DNA of 64,000 bases from Octopus vulgaris (GCA_951406725.2 OX597830.1:13454001-13518000), one strand, 5' to 3'; shown: positions 27,148 to 40,068, counted from the stretch's first letter. Program-made: numbers and translations. Notes: generated by a model from the letters alone, not told the origin.

Positions 27148-28681
27148 ATGTCGTCTAGCATGGAGCCTACCGTTGGAGCAGAAATACTTGTTTCTCCTGT
27201 TGAGAGGAGGAAATACATGTCCGGCGAGGAGCCAACTACAGACAAGGAAATAGGGGTTTCCCCCGCTACAAGAAGGAATAGCAGAGAGGATAATATATTT
27301 GATATTTTTGGAGATGTGTCTGAGAGCTCGTCAGAACTTTCACCAGAAGAGTTTCCGACTTTGCCAGAGAACAAAGGCATTGTGTCGAAGAGAATAATTG
27401 ATGTGCCTAGCATCCAGATAGAACCAAAAAATGGAAAAAAAAGTTTTGCGTTGGCTGCTGGGGGTGGAACCCAGATACTGTCGACGAATAAAAGCGAAAT
27501 TATGAAATACAGCAAAATGATGGAAATAACTGACAGCGGTGTGAAAATTGAACCTCCGCAAAAGTTATTACAGGAAGAAAAGCAAAAAACAATAATTTTC
27601 AAAACATATTGTCTACAAAAAAGAAAAATTGAAAGAATGTCAGAAGAGAAAATAGAAAAGTGCTTAAAGCCAATATGGGGCGACGTAGTATTTCTGAGAA
27701 GAGGAAAAAAATTCGGAACGGTGGAAGTAAGGTTCACCAATAAAGAAATAGCACACAAGAACTCAGTTGAAACGTTGAAAACGAACGACGTGGAGTTAAT
27801 ACCCTATTATATGGAGATGGATGAGGACGTCGCGAATAAAAATTACAATGGTCTCGCCAGAGGTCGAACCTATGTGGTTGTTGGCGGCAGTCCTAATCAA
27901 AGAGGTAGAAAAAATTACTCTCCTCCATGCTACCGCTACGGAAAACCCACGCTGGGATGGTCAAACAATTAATCTTCTCATTCAAGCGGACCCTAAAATA
28001 ATTCAAACAATTCCTGAGACAATTGAGGTAGGGGAGGAGAACCTCGTGGTGTTTGTTGAGGGCCGAAAACCTCGATGTTTTTTATGTGGTCAATTAGGCC
28101 ACATTCGAAGGAACTGCAAGGAAAATGAAGAAGAGGAGGAAGAGGAGAAAAAAGACAAAGAGGAAGAAGATAAAGAAGAAACAAATGAGAAAAAAACAAC
28201 AAACAAAAGAAAAATACAACCAGCAACCCAGCCGAGAACGGCGACTACTACAGAACAACGACCAAAAAAGACTGCCAGAAGAGAAAAAGAAGAAAAAGGC
28301 ATAATAGCCGTATACACTAAAGATACTGAGCTCATGAGAGACATTCAACTCATAAAGACTGTAAAGAAAATTGATAGCCTTTCAGAGGAATTTATCAATT
28401 ACGACATATATGAAGTCTCAAATAAGACTTATAGAATTCTACAAAATAAGTACAGAAAGACTGTATCTTCATTAAGATTATATTTTAACAAGTCGATATT
28501 TCATGGATTACCAGCTCCGATCCCGCGAGAAAAGGAAAAGGTGGAGATTCCCCCTCCACCTGATAATTCTGTGTCGGTGGTGAGACGGGATTTTGACAAA
28601 TCTATTTCCCAAGACCGTCCACCTCCGACCCTGGATCAAAAAAAGGTGGAGGGTCCCCCTCCACCGGACAATCCTAATTAA
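27148..28681 (+). pseudogene. LINE ORF1, gag-like nucleic-acid-binding protein, one frameshift near 27815-27821
   Basis: ORFs 27088..27972 and 27821..28681 join at PYYME/MRTSRI (apparent 4-bp duplication in ATGGAGATGGATGAGG). CX2CX4HX4C knuckle CFLCGQLGHIRRNC is followed by an acidic/basic low-complexity tail. Confidence 0.85.
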
Positions 28682-28692
28682 ACAGGTAAGTG

Positions 28693-31600
28693 ATGGCTAT
28701 TCACATTGGTTGTTTAAATGTTCATGGCCTGTTGTCAAGCTGGAAGCAAGGACGCTTTCTGAATGACATCAGGTCGAGAAATTTGGATGTAATTGTTGCA
28801 ACGGAAACCCGGGTGAAGGGGCCAAGAGATCTGCTCCCCCTCCTGAACGGCTACGAGAAATACGTTTCTCCGAGTCGGGCGGGAGGTGGGGGTGGGGTGT
28901 TGGTCCTACTAAAAAGAAACCGGGTAGCCGAGAAAAAGTTGTTTTTTTCTGACCCAGAAGGCAGGCTGGTCGTTCTCGACTTGACATTCAGTTGTGGCAA
29001 GACAATCAGGCTGGTCGCTATTTACGCACCAAACATTATTGGCCCGCAAACTGAATATTTTCGTGGCCTAGGAAAGTTCCTAGCCACGTCGCATTCACTA
29101 GTAGTGTTAGGAGACTCTAATACAATATGTGCAGCACACACAGATTGTGTTGGCTCAAACTCGAACATGAACAGAAAATGTAACCCAGGCTTTCGGGATC
29201 TGCTAAGTCAATTTCAGCTAGCAGATCCATATAGGTTGGAACACCCGAACACTCCACAGTGGACGTGGTCAAATAGTGACGGGTCTACCAGAACATATCT
29301 AGATAGGATTTTAATTAGAGAAAAAGATAAGTCCATAGTTGAGTGTCCACAGTTTTTTTCTAGTCAGCTACAGTGACCACAAGATGGTTACCTGTAAACT
29401 GACGGTAGATAAGTTGCATAGACAGGGATCTGGCTACTGGAAACTCAATACGTCCCTTTTGGCGATTGAGGAGTACAGAAAGCGGATCAAGATGTTAATA
29501 CAGAGGGCATTAACAGGTACCATCATTAATAACAAATGGTGGTACGCCCTAAAAAGAGCCATCAAATATGAGTCTATTAGGTTTAGCATAAGTTTAGCTA
29601 AGAAGGGACGTAAAATAAGAGATGGTCTAGTTAAGGAACTAGAAGAAGCCTGGAGGACTGGTAATACAGACCAAGCGAGGGTGAAAAGACTGGAGTTAAA
29701 CCAGCATCTTGAAGCCCACCACATGGGAAGTATTACCAGAGCTAAGTTACGTGCAATGGGAAGTGAAGGAATCAAAGTCGCTGGATGGGCCCGAGTGGTG
29801 GAAGCTCGGCAAGGAAATAGTTCCTCTATTCGGTCTTTGACGAATCAAAATGGTGTCTTGATAAACGAACCCGAGAAAATGTGTGAGGTCTTTCGGGAGT
29901 ACTTCGCACAGCTGTTCGGGGGTGACGGCGGTCCTGGTGGTGGGAGAGCCCTCGAGGACTTTCTTACCGGGCTGCCGTGCCTCTCGGGGTCGGATGCGGA
30001 GTCTTGCGAAGGGCCAATCACACCTGAGGAGGTGATGGAGGCCTTGGCCGATTGTAAAGCGGGTAAGTCACCGGGACTTGATGGTCTTCCGTACGAGCTG
30101 TATAAATGTATGCCAGACTTGTTCGGGCAACTACTGACTGACGTGTACGCGAACTGGAAAGAGAATGGGTTTATCCCCAGATCTGTGCGCCGGGGAGTAG
30201 TGACGTTGGTCAGAAAGGACCCGGACAAGGGGTACGTTCTAGAGAATTTCAGGCCCATCACTCTGTTAAATGCAGAAGTGAAGATTTTGGCCAAGGTTCT
30301 AGCAAAAAGGTTGGCGCGTGTCGCGAATGGTATAGTCGGGGAGGCACAGACATGTGCCATCCCAGGCAGAACCATTCAGGATACCCTCCATCTTATTCGC
30401 TATACCATAGAGAGGTTTGGTAATAAATCTGGCAAAGGTGGGGCATTGGTGCATTTGGACCAGTCTAAAGCTTTTGATAGGGTTGACCATCGATACCTAG
30501 CGACTGTGCTTGCGCGGTTTGGCCTGGGCCTTGGCTTCCTCAGGTGGTTTATCGCTTTGTACCACAACATTGACTCGATAGTTCGGGTGAACGGTTTCCT
30601 TTCGAAGCCGTTCTGCATCAGACGCTCGGTTCGTCAAGGATGTCCGCTTTCCCCACTTTTGTATGTGATGGCTCTCGAGCCATTACTGCAAAGGTTGAGT
30701 GGCATCCCGAGAGAACCAGGACTAGAGGAGTTTGTTACGGCTTTCGCGGATGATATCACTATCAGTGTAACCACAGTGGCACGCCTACGTGAAGTAGGTA
30801 AGACTATTGAGGCTTACGAGGAGGTAGCAGGAGCAAAGATTAACCGGGAAAAGTCGGTCGGCTTGCAGCTCGGCACCTGGGTTGGCAAGTCGATGCCTTC
30901 AGACAGTGTTGTTAGGCGCTGGACGGAGGGACCGGTTAAGTTGCTGGGAGTCTGGTTTGGACCAGGCCTCCAGATAGAGAAGAACTGGACGGAGGTATTG
31001 AGCAGGGTGGCTGCAGTAGTCAAGACCTGGTCTTGGCGGTGGCTATCCCTGAAAGGGAGGGCGGAAGTGGCCAATGTGTTTATCGCATCGGTCATTACCT
31101 ACCGCCTGACCGTCGTGCCCTGTCCGGATTCGTGGTTGATCAGGTTGGAGAGACAGCTCTTTCGCTTTTTGTGGAAGGGCAGGTCGCCACTTGTGAAACG
31201 CTCTGTCTGCTGTCAAAAGCCTTTAAATGGAGGTTTAGGGATGCCTTGGTTAATGATGCGCAGACATGCGTTGAGGTTGAGGCACCTCTGGATTCTCCTG
31301 GATAGTGAACGGGTGTGGTCTCCGCTGGCCAGACAAATGTTCCCTGAGTTCAAGAGTTTTTGCGAACAGGAAGCCTGGTGTTCTCGTAGACCGAGGTCGA
31401 GTGAGTGGCATAAAGAGTGCCGTAAGGCCCTCTTGCTGTTTCGGCGCTCGGGCAACGCCAGCGGTGGGGGTTCCACACGGATTTTATATAGTGGGTTGGT
31501 AGAGTCTGAATGCGACGATGGCCTGGGGTCGACTCTAGGTCTCGGATTTATTCAACTGGACAGCTTGTTTCATCGTACATTCGGGTTGAGAACGTTGGAC

Positions 31601-32099
31601 AACTTCCAAAAGTCCTTAACCTGGCAATGCTACAGAGGTGCCTTGCCCGTTTGGGATAAGCTCGCAAGACATGGTAAACGTCAGTCGCCGACCTGTCCAA
31701 GATGCGGGGGGGGGACACAGGGAAACCGTCCCTCACGCTATTGTTCAGTGTCCGGAGATAACTGAAATGTGGGCTTATGCTGAACATCTGTTGTCCGGCG
31801 AAGGAAGAGTACGGCTGTCGACTGAGTCAATTATAAAAATTGACCCACCGGGAGTTCTAACGAACGAAGGTAAGAATTGTTTTCTCACGGTTGTAGCAAT
31901 AGCAAAAGAGGCTGTATGGAAGATTAGGATAAAAGGAATTAAGACAGGCAACTTTATCTCTGGTGACAATTTACGATCCTTTTTTTCTTTTCATTTGAAA
32001 AGGAAACTGTGGCTGGAGAAGAGGTGTCTGTCAGAGTGTACGTTCCAAATGAGATGGAAGTATGTTGCACGAGTGTTGTGCGTGCAAGGAACCGTGTGA
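28693..32099 (+). pseudogene. LINE ORF2: apurinic-like endonuclease + reverse transcriptase + Cys/His zinc motif, two frameshifts
   Basis: Endonuclease motifs LNVHGL, ETR, IYAPN, GDSN, LDRI, SDH. RT-region motifs GYWKLN, KSPGLDGLP, FRPITLLN, LDQSKAFDRV, RQGCPLSP, FADD, LLGVWF. C-terminal CPRC...ETVPHAIVQC. Frame changes fall at or near the T run (~29353) and G run (~31705-31714). Confidence 0.93.
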
Positions 32100-33379
32100 A
32101 TAGACGAGGAAAAAAAAAAAAAAAGGAAAAATAAAAAGGTATCAGCGGTAGATCGGGGCTTGTGGGATCGGAGCGTAACTTGATCATCGCTTCATTTGTA
32201 TTGTTTTTGTACTGTGTATTCCATTCGATTTTTATGTATTGTATTTTATTTTTGATGTCACATTTATGTAAAATCATATCGATTCACTGATCCCATCAGT
32301 TGTATTGTCCATATCTATGTTTGGCCCCCGGTGGGCAATAAAGAAATTCGTATTTCGTCTGCCGTTACGTTCTGAGTTCAAATTTCGCCGAGGTCGACTT
32401 TGCCTTTCATCCTTTCGGGGTCGGTTAAATAAGTACCAGTTACGCACTGGGATCGATGTAATCGACTTAATCCGTTTGTCTGTCCTTGTTTGTCCCCTCT
32501 GTGTTTAGCCCCTTGTGGGCAGTAAAGAAATGAGTATTGTGTCCACAGCAATATCAAGTTCGTTGTACTTGATACCGCACGGGGCGGGATGTTGGCATGA
32601 GTCAGTTACTCAGTCATCATTCAGGGGAGTATTAATCACTCGCAGCGGCAGTCTTCACGTGCAGTTGAGGTTGGATGATCAACATAGGTGAACTGTAGTC
32701 TATACGAGCGGTCTTTGTGTGTGTGGCAGCTAGGTTTAGGGTGGTATATCTGGATTGTCAGCTGCCAGTGGTCTGAAGTTCTTTAACAGAGCATACCTCT
32801 AGTGGCAACAATATGATAGTTCACTTATTATAGACACTGTTTTGTGTCGAGACTATTGAGGTTGTTTCAAAGACAAAGTCGTCAATTACAAGCTCCATTT
32901 GGATTAAAGAGTGACTCTGTTTATTTGATGTTGGAGAAGTCATTCCGATGGTTACGGTGTTTCCAGATGGAGCATGAAAAGGTGATTAAGTTTTCCTTAT
33001 CCCTGCACCTGGAGGAGTGCATGTGCTGTGTATACCTTCCACTAAAAATCAGTGTCTGCCATATCCGAGTAGTGTCTTATGACGCCATCCGGTGATGTGG
33101 GAGTGGATCTATGGACTTACAGCATTTTGAGAGGCAGTATCACAATGACCAGTTAGGATTTCGGCGGCAAGACGAAAACCTTTTCTTGTTCAACTTCATT
33201 CTGTTCTGTAAAATATTAAAGTACAAGCTGCGTACGAATGCTCTCCTCCCGGATCGGAATAAACATACCATGTACACGAAGGCCTAAAAAAACTCACACG
33301 AATTGTTGTTGTTTTCCATTGGATTAACCCTTACAGCTATTGAAGGATTACCGGATATTTTATCAAATTAGTGGGCCTC

Positions 33380-33950
33380 AAGCTCACTAAAGGTCCATAG
33401 TCAAAAAATGGTTGAGAACCAATGAGTTAAACCTTTTTTTCCATTGATAATCACCTCATCTTGAGAAATATAAAGACTTGAGCCAATCAATGAAATCAAT
33501 ACTTTGCTAATTTATCAACCACTGCTGCTGCCGTTATCATTGCATTAACAACTGCACCTGCTGTTGCTGCTATTTCTAAAACAATAGGATCTGGTGTCCT
33601 CATCATTGTTCTTATTGCATTACTATTGTCTGCTACTGCAGTCAAAATGTGGTCGAAAATTTACCTATCTTTACTCACCTGTCTCTCTGTCTGGATGTCT
33701 GCATGTCGGTGCAACATGCATTTTGCTGCTTGTATTACCTGCACTTGACCCCCTCCCACCTTTTAACTTGTCTTTCGTGTCTCTCTCTCAGTCTTATTCT
33801 TTCAATCTCTATTTCGCTCTCATAGCTCTCTTTCTCTCCATTTCGGTTCTTGTACTATTTTCTCATTCGTTCTCTCACGTTCTCACTCGCACAAAACTAA
33901 TATGGCTCGATATCTGCCCCCCTACACACATACACATACATACACACACG
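33380..33950 (+). repeat. ~570-bp unclassified repeat; inverted partner at 41455-42012
   Basis: Colinear reverse-complement similarity, e.g. GCTGCTATTTCTAAAACAATAGGATCTGGTGTCCTCATC. Confidence 0.85.
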
Positions 33951-34484
33951 CCCACAAGCACGCACATACACATACACACACACGGGCTCGCACATTTTAT
34001 TGTGCCTGCGTGTTTGTATAATAACAATTAGAAATATACAAATGTGTGTGTGTGTGTGTGTGTATACACAATTGTAAAAAGCAATCAACACACAACTTAT
34101 GCGCACGTGCGTATGTGTATACCGACGCGTAACCAGAAATCTTCTTGAGAGAAATGAATTCATTAAAATCATTAAATTTTTCCATATACTGTCAAGTGAT
34201 GGAGAAATCTGGTAGATAAAAAACTGGTAGCCTGCCTGTTCAATGAAAAGCAGTTATGTTACTTGACATTATTACACATGAAAGCGTGTAATAATGTCAA
34301 GTAGAGATTGAACCGAGTCTAAATCTCACTTCTATCTGTACTTGACATCATTACACATGTATTTACCGAGAGTTATTTCAGCTTACGGAGTCCAGCACCA
34401 ACATCACCATCATCATTACTATTGCTACAAGTAGCAACATTGCCAACACTACCGCCATCACCAATACCTATAGCAACAATAGCA

Positions 34485-34868
34485 GTGGAGGAGCAATGGC
34501 CCAATGGTTAAGATAGCGGACTCGCGGTCGGAGGATCACGGTTTCGATTCCCAGACCGGGCGTTCTGTGTGTTTATTGAGTGAAAACACCTAAAGCTCCA
34601 CGAGGCTCCGGCAGGGGGTGGTGGCGACTCCTGTTTTACTCTTTCGCCCCAACTTTCTCTCACTCTTTCTTCCTGTTTCTTGTCCCCGACTTCCTACGCA
34701 ACCGCTGAGCCTGGATTCGCATTCATCCATCCGTCGATGCTCTCGGTGTCGGGGGTTGACCTGCTTTCTCTTCTGCGGGTCTTACGAATAGCAAAGGACC
34801 ACGTATCGGATATCTCCCACTACAGAGGCGCGATCTTGCAAGCTCAGGGACGAAGACCGCTACGCTCA
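34485..34868 (+). mobile_element. SINE family C, third tail type, followed by CAA/CAG-rich repeats
   Basis: Same head and body to CTTCCTGTTTCT, then an unrelated 3' part. Confidence 0.8.
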
Positions 34869-35039
34869 ACAGCAACAGCAACAGCAGCAATACAAATGTC
34901 ACCAACAATATTCCCACCATCACCAATAACACCACCGACTTTAAGACATGCACCATAACATCAACAACGGCAGCCACAAGAACACCGACATCCCCCCCAC
35001 CAAATCACTAGCACAATACCAAAACCGAAACCAATCATA

Positions 35040-35620
35040 CCAATCACAGCAACGCCACCAGCATCACCACCACCACCACCACCACCGCCGCCGTCACCAC
35101 CACCGCCTCCACCACCACCACCAGCATCACCAACACACCACCACCACCACCAGCATCACCACCACCACTACCACCACCACCACCACCAACATCATCACCA
35201 CCACCACCACCACCACCAACACCACCAGCATCACCACCACCACCACCACCAGCATCATCACCACCACCACCACCACCACTAACACCACCAGCATCACCAC
35301 CACCACCACCACCACCACCAACAACAACAAAAACAACAAAACATACAGCACCAACATCCACACTACAAGCATCACCAACACCAGCTATACCACTAACAAA
35401 CACTTCCGTCGTCACCAACAGCGCCACCAGCGCCACCAGCACCGCCGACACCTCCAGCACCGTCGGCATCACCAGCACTATCAGCGTCACCAAAACCAAC
35501 ATCGTCAACACCAGCACCACTAATACCACAAACACTATCAACACCACTGCCATAACCATGAACACCACTAACACAACCAATATTGGCACCTCCAGCACTG
35601 CAACTATCACCACTCAACGT
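35040..35620. repeat. (CAC)n/(CAG)/(CAA) trinucleotide low-complexity tract
   Basis: Directly visible in the sequence. Confidence 0.9.
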
Positions 35621-35889
35621 CATATGATTAACTGACACAGCATACATGACGTGTCAATTAGTCTTTCTTTTAACTCTATTCAGGATGTCTACTTGTGCAG
35701 TTCATTGCAGGCCTTCACCTCAAGATATATCACACCCACTTTTGAGCTGTTGAGCAACTGTTTTAACAACCAATCATAGTGTTGTAAGTACTGTGTTAGT
35801 CAGCCTCTCCCTGGTAGAAAACGATGGTAGATCTCAGCTAGGAAGTCATGTTCCTTAATGAAAATCATGGTTTCCTTTTGAAAATCATG

Positions 35890-36240
35890 GATCTCAGCGG
35901 AGCAAGAAAGAGGTATATCGGCATGATGGGTAACTCGTTCAAGGAAGGCTACACACAACACCTGGCGTTATTCAAAGACAAAACTATAAAAAAACACGCA
36001 TCATCCCTATCCAATATGATATGTACTTTGAAAGAAGGTGAAATAAGTAACCCCGAGATAAAATGGAACATCATTGCTACAGCTAGAAAATACAGACGAC
36101 GGGGTACCAAATGTGAACTCTGTATCACTGAAAAACTAAATATCATACAGTCAACAGATAACTTCCTGAATATTAGGGATGAAATCTCCTCTCCCTGCAT
36201 ACGCAAGCAACATTTCACACTTAAACACTTCAAAGAGGAG
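35890..36240 (+). pseudogene. Penelope-like element GIY-YIG endonuclease fragment
   Basis: YIGM..NSFKE.Y.QH, SSLSN.I..LKE, IKWNII, CELCITEKLNI match the C-terminus of Penelope-type ORFs. No GIY motif or RT upstream. Confidence 0.75.
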
Positions 36241-36634
36241 CCATCACCTATGCCGCTAATCCCTTTCCTGAACGTGAAATTTGAATATACATTACACGTG
36301 AATTCCACTCACAGAAGAAATATACCCCCATGACGAACTACCTCAGCGTACAAGCATACGAACATCATATGCACCCAGCATATAAGATAATGCAAACAAA
36401 TTTACTATCCAGCTTGACTGTTTGCGTCCAAAGCCAAATCCAAGAGGAATAACTACTCAAAAGATGCCATGTAAGAATAGCAGCACTTAATTTATTGTTT
36501 TCTTTACGAGAACCTCCGCAAATTCAACGGAACTTTGTATTATCATCCAAGATGGAGACAAACACCATTTCTCCATGTCGTCTTGAAAAATTGTTAAGAT
36601 ATTAAGATATTTTTCTATTTTTCTTAGCATGAAA

Positions 36635-36846
36635 CAAATGTTTGTCCCTCTAGCATTGCTTGACAACCGATGCTGATGTGTTTATGTCCCCGTTACTTAT
36701 CGGTTCGGCAAAAAGAGACCGATAGAATAAGTACTGGGCTTACAAAAGAATAAGTCCCGGGGTCAAGTTGCTCGATTAAAGGCGGTGCTCCAGCATGGCC
36801 GCAGTCAAATGACTGAAACAAGTAAAAGAGTACAAGGGTAAAGAGT
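36635..36846 (+). mobile_element. SINE family B, 3' half
   Basis: GACAACCGATGCTG...GACTGAAACAAGTAAAAGAGTA. Confidence 0.85.
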
Positions 36847-37221
36847 AATATATATGTGTGTGTGTGTGTACACAAACAGATACATGCACGCGCAAATAGA
36901 CATGCATACATACATTCATGCATACATGCATAAAAACGCTCACATACACATAAGTATAGATATACAAGTTATGTAGATAGTCGTTTACAAATATAAGGTT
37001 ATATACATACAGTTACTCAAAATGAGTGTTCTTAGATTTACAACCAGCCAGACTCTGTTAGGAATCACGTAGACCTTAGAAATTAACTGATATATTTGTT
37101 TCATTGAGTAGCACAATTTAAGAATTAGAAAAGCAATGAAATGTACGTTAAACGCCTACATTGCCACCAACGGCTGGAACCTTAAATGTTGTTTTCGTCT
37201 TTTATTTTTTGTAAATTCTTG

Positions 37222-37278
<57 letters not shown>

Positions 37279-37439
37279 AAATCATATTTTGTTATTTTTC
37301 ATTTGTCCTGCTCGCTTACGTTCTTAGTGTGCTAAATTATTTCTTGAGAACAAGTCTTAGTGGTTGAGTCCCTTTGCGGATCTATATCTAGCGTAAGAGC
37401 GTCCACATAGTGGATTCTCTCTCATAATTGTGTGTGTAT

Positions 37440-37640
37440 ATGTGACCTCGTGAGTACCGCTGGCGATTTTTTTCCTCTGTCTTCCCTTCTCCTATGTTTC
37501 CGACGAAGAGCTCCGCTCGAAACGTTAAACCCTCCTTCTTCCCTTCTTTCCTGAGCGTCCAATAATACTTTATTTGTTCCACGTCCTCGCGTTGTAGTGT
37601 TTTTTTGTTTTTTTTGTGTTTTCTTGTTTGGATTAACTTT
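37440..37640 (+). mobile_element. Short (TA)n-embedded repeat with minimal hammerhead-like motif (second copy 44230-44418, minus strand)
   Basis: GTTT-CCGACGA-AGAGC-TCC-GCTC-GAAAC-GTT-AAAC at 37496-37530; shared TTCTTGTTTGGATTAACTT end. Confidence 0.6.
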
Positions 37641-37644
37641 ATAT

Positions 37645-37704
<60 letters not shown>

Positions 37705-37950
37705 GGACAACCATAACATAGGTACACAGACATACACATATATATACGGACAACCATAGCATAGGTACACAGACATAGACATGTAGACACACATACACAC
37801 TTATATATTTTCACATAAATACACAAATACACGCGCTCATATGTACGTACTCATCTTTCTGTCCTTATAGCCATGTCTGTCTGTCTGTCTGTCTGTCTCT
37901 CTTCCTCTCCCTCTATCTATCTCCCTCCTCCTCTCTCCCTCTCTGTATAT

Positions 37951-38008
<58 letters not shown>

Positions 38009-38248
38009 CTTCCATATAGGTTTTAACCTTGGAGTTTGCTTTTTTAAGCTCGTCCATCGCTACTGGCAATCAATATAGAAGAAATAAAACGGAAATCGAT
38101 AGTTTTACGGATGATATATCTGAAAATTTGTAAATAGCCGTAGAGTTTATATGATTATTAAAAAGCGGAATGGAATGAGCAATTCGCTTTGTCACACAAT
38201 TTCATAATTGTTTCATTGATATTTTATCAGAAGAGTATTGCTATATCG

Positions 38249-38251
38249 TTA

Positions 38252-38309
<58 letters not shown>

Positions 38310-38359
38310 CATTATTATTATTATTATTATCATTATTATTATTATTATTTTTATTATTA

Positions 38360-38447
<88 letters not shown>

Positions 38448-38479
38448 TATTATTATTATTATTATTATTATCATTTTTA

Positions 38480-38513
<34 letters not shown>

Positions 38514-38625
38514 CATTATTATTACTATCATCATTATTATTATTATTATTATTACTATCATCATTATTATTATTTTTATTATTATTATTATCATTATTAT
38601 CATTATTATTATTTTTATTATTATT

Positions 38626-38706
<81 letters not shown>
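38249..38706. repeat. (ATT)n/(ATC)n microsatellite
   Basis: Directly visible in the sequence. Confidence 0.95.
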
Positions 38707-39437
38707 CGACAATATGTGTTAAAATAACTAGCATCGGCATTATACCGATTCCGCAAAAATATCGACTGCTCTACTTTATGCATAAAATCCATTTGCTCGA
38801 TGAACTTTCGTCCATGATGTTTTTACCAATTCATTTGCAAATCATTGTTTAAAACTAAAATGAACACATAATTAACGGCAAATTCAAATTAACTGGTTAA
38901 GAAACTGGATAAAAGAGAAGATAAAAGATTGACGGAATAGATAAATAAACGAACACATAAATGACAGATTACACAAAAAAATAAGGGATGTTTCTATCCC
39001 CAGAATCATGCGTCTATTAATAGCTAGTGTCACCTCTGGTGTTATTAAGGAAGCTGGACGCATAATCCCGTGTCTACTATGTAATTTGATATTGCTGTAT
39101 GTTGAGTTGATGATCGAAATATTTCCGCCGGCATTTACTTAAATGTGAACTGGCATTAAGATAATCTATCATCCTCTCCCACTCTCTTTCGGACACACAG
39201 ATGCAGAGGTTTTTGCAGAGATATAACGGAGGTATTTGTTTGTTAAAATGCATTTGTTCTCAAGTAATAAATAAATCAGTAGTGTAATTAAAGAGATTTA
39301 GAATGCCCAGAGAATTAAAAACCTATTCTCAAGTGCTAACATACACACACTCACGCTTGCACATGTATGTACCTCTGTATGTACGTATGTACATATGTAT
39401 GTATTCATGTATGTATATACGTATGTATTCATGTATG

Positions 39438-39484
<47 letters not shown>

Positions 39485-39640
39485 CAAGGAAAGTAGCTAG
39501 TTATATATATATATAAATCTGGAGATTCTACTAGAGTAGATGCAAGCGCTAATATATGATTTATAAAAACATCTGACATATCAATAAAAATCTGTAAATG
39601 TAAAACCATCCAGATTTCTGAGTACTTTATTTCTTCTAAT

Positions 39641-39697
<57 letters not shown>

Positions 39698-39765
39698 GGT
39701 CCCGGGTTGAGTCGGGGTTAACCACAGTAAATAAGGTACTCAATACATAGCAGAGTAAATTAATT

Positions 39766-40064
<299 letters not shown>

Positions 40065-40068
40065 ATAA

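Larger units (their letters stand above)
26980..32348 (+). mobile_element. Near full-length Tx1/L1-clade non-LTR retrotransposon (ORF1 + APE-RT ORF2) inserted into a SINE
   Basis: Two-ORF layout: gag-like ORF1 with zinc knuckle; ORF2 with endonuclease, RT and C-terminal Cys/His motif. Exact 13-bp TSD CGTATTTCGTCTG at 26967-26979 and 32349-32361. The 3' UTR ends in AATAAAGAAATT without poly(A). Confidence 0.95.
26920..32534 (+). mobile_element. tRNA-derived SINE (family A, tail type A) split in two by the LINE: 26920-26979 and 32349-32534
   Basis: The two halves rejoin to match the uninterrupted copy at 57160-57390. Own 14-bp TSD TATTGTGTCCACAG at 26906-26919 and 32535-32548. Confidence 0.93.

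Noticed and set aside
29434-31476. Antisense ORFs overlapping the RT
   Set aside because: Expected shadow ORFs of a GC-richer coding strand, with no recognisable motifs.
32550-33170. GC-richer stretch continuing 26700-26905, possibly an old retroelement or exon
   Set aside because: No recognisable protein motif or clean reading frame on either strand.
34948-35613. His/Thr-rich and Gly/Val-rich ORFs
   Set aside because: They are translations of a (CAC)n tract, with no domain or splice evidence.
38189-38852. Poly-Leu, poly-Tyr, poly-Asn and poly-Ile ORFs
   Set aside because: Artefact of the (ATT)n microsatellite.
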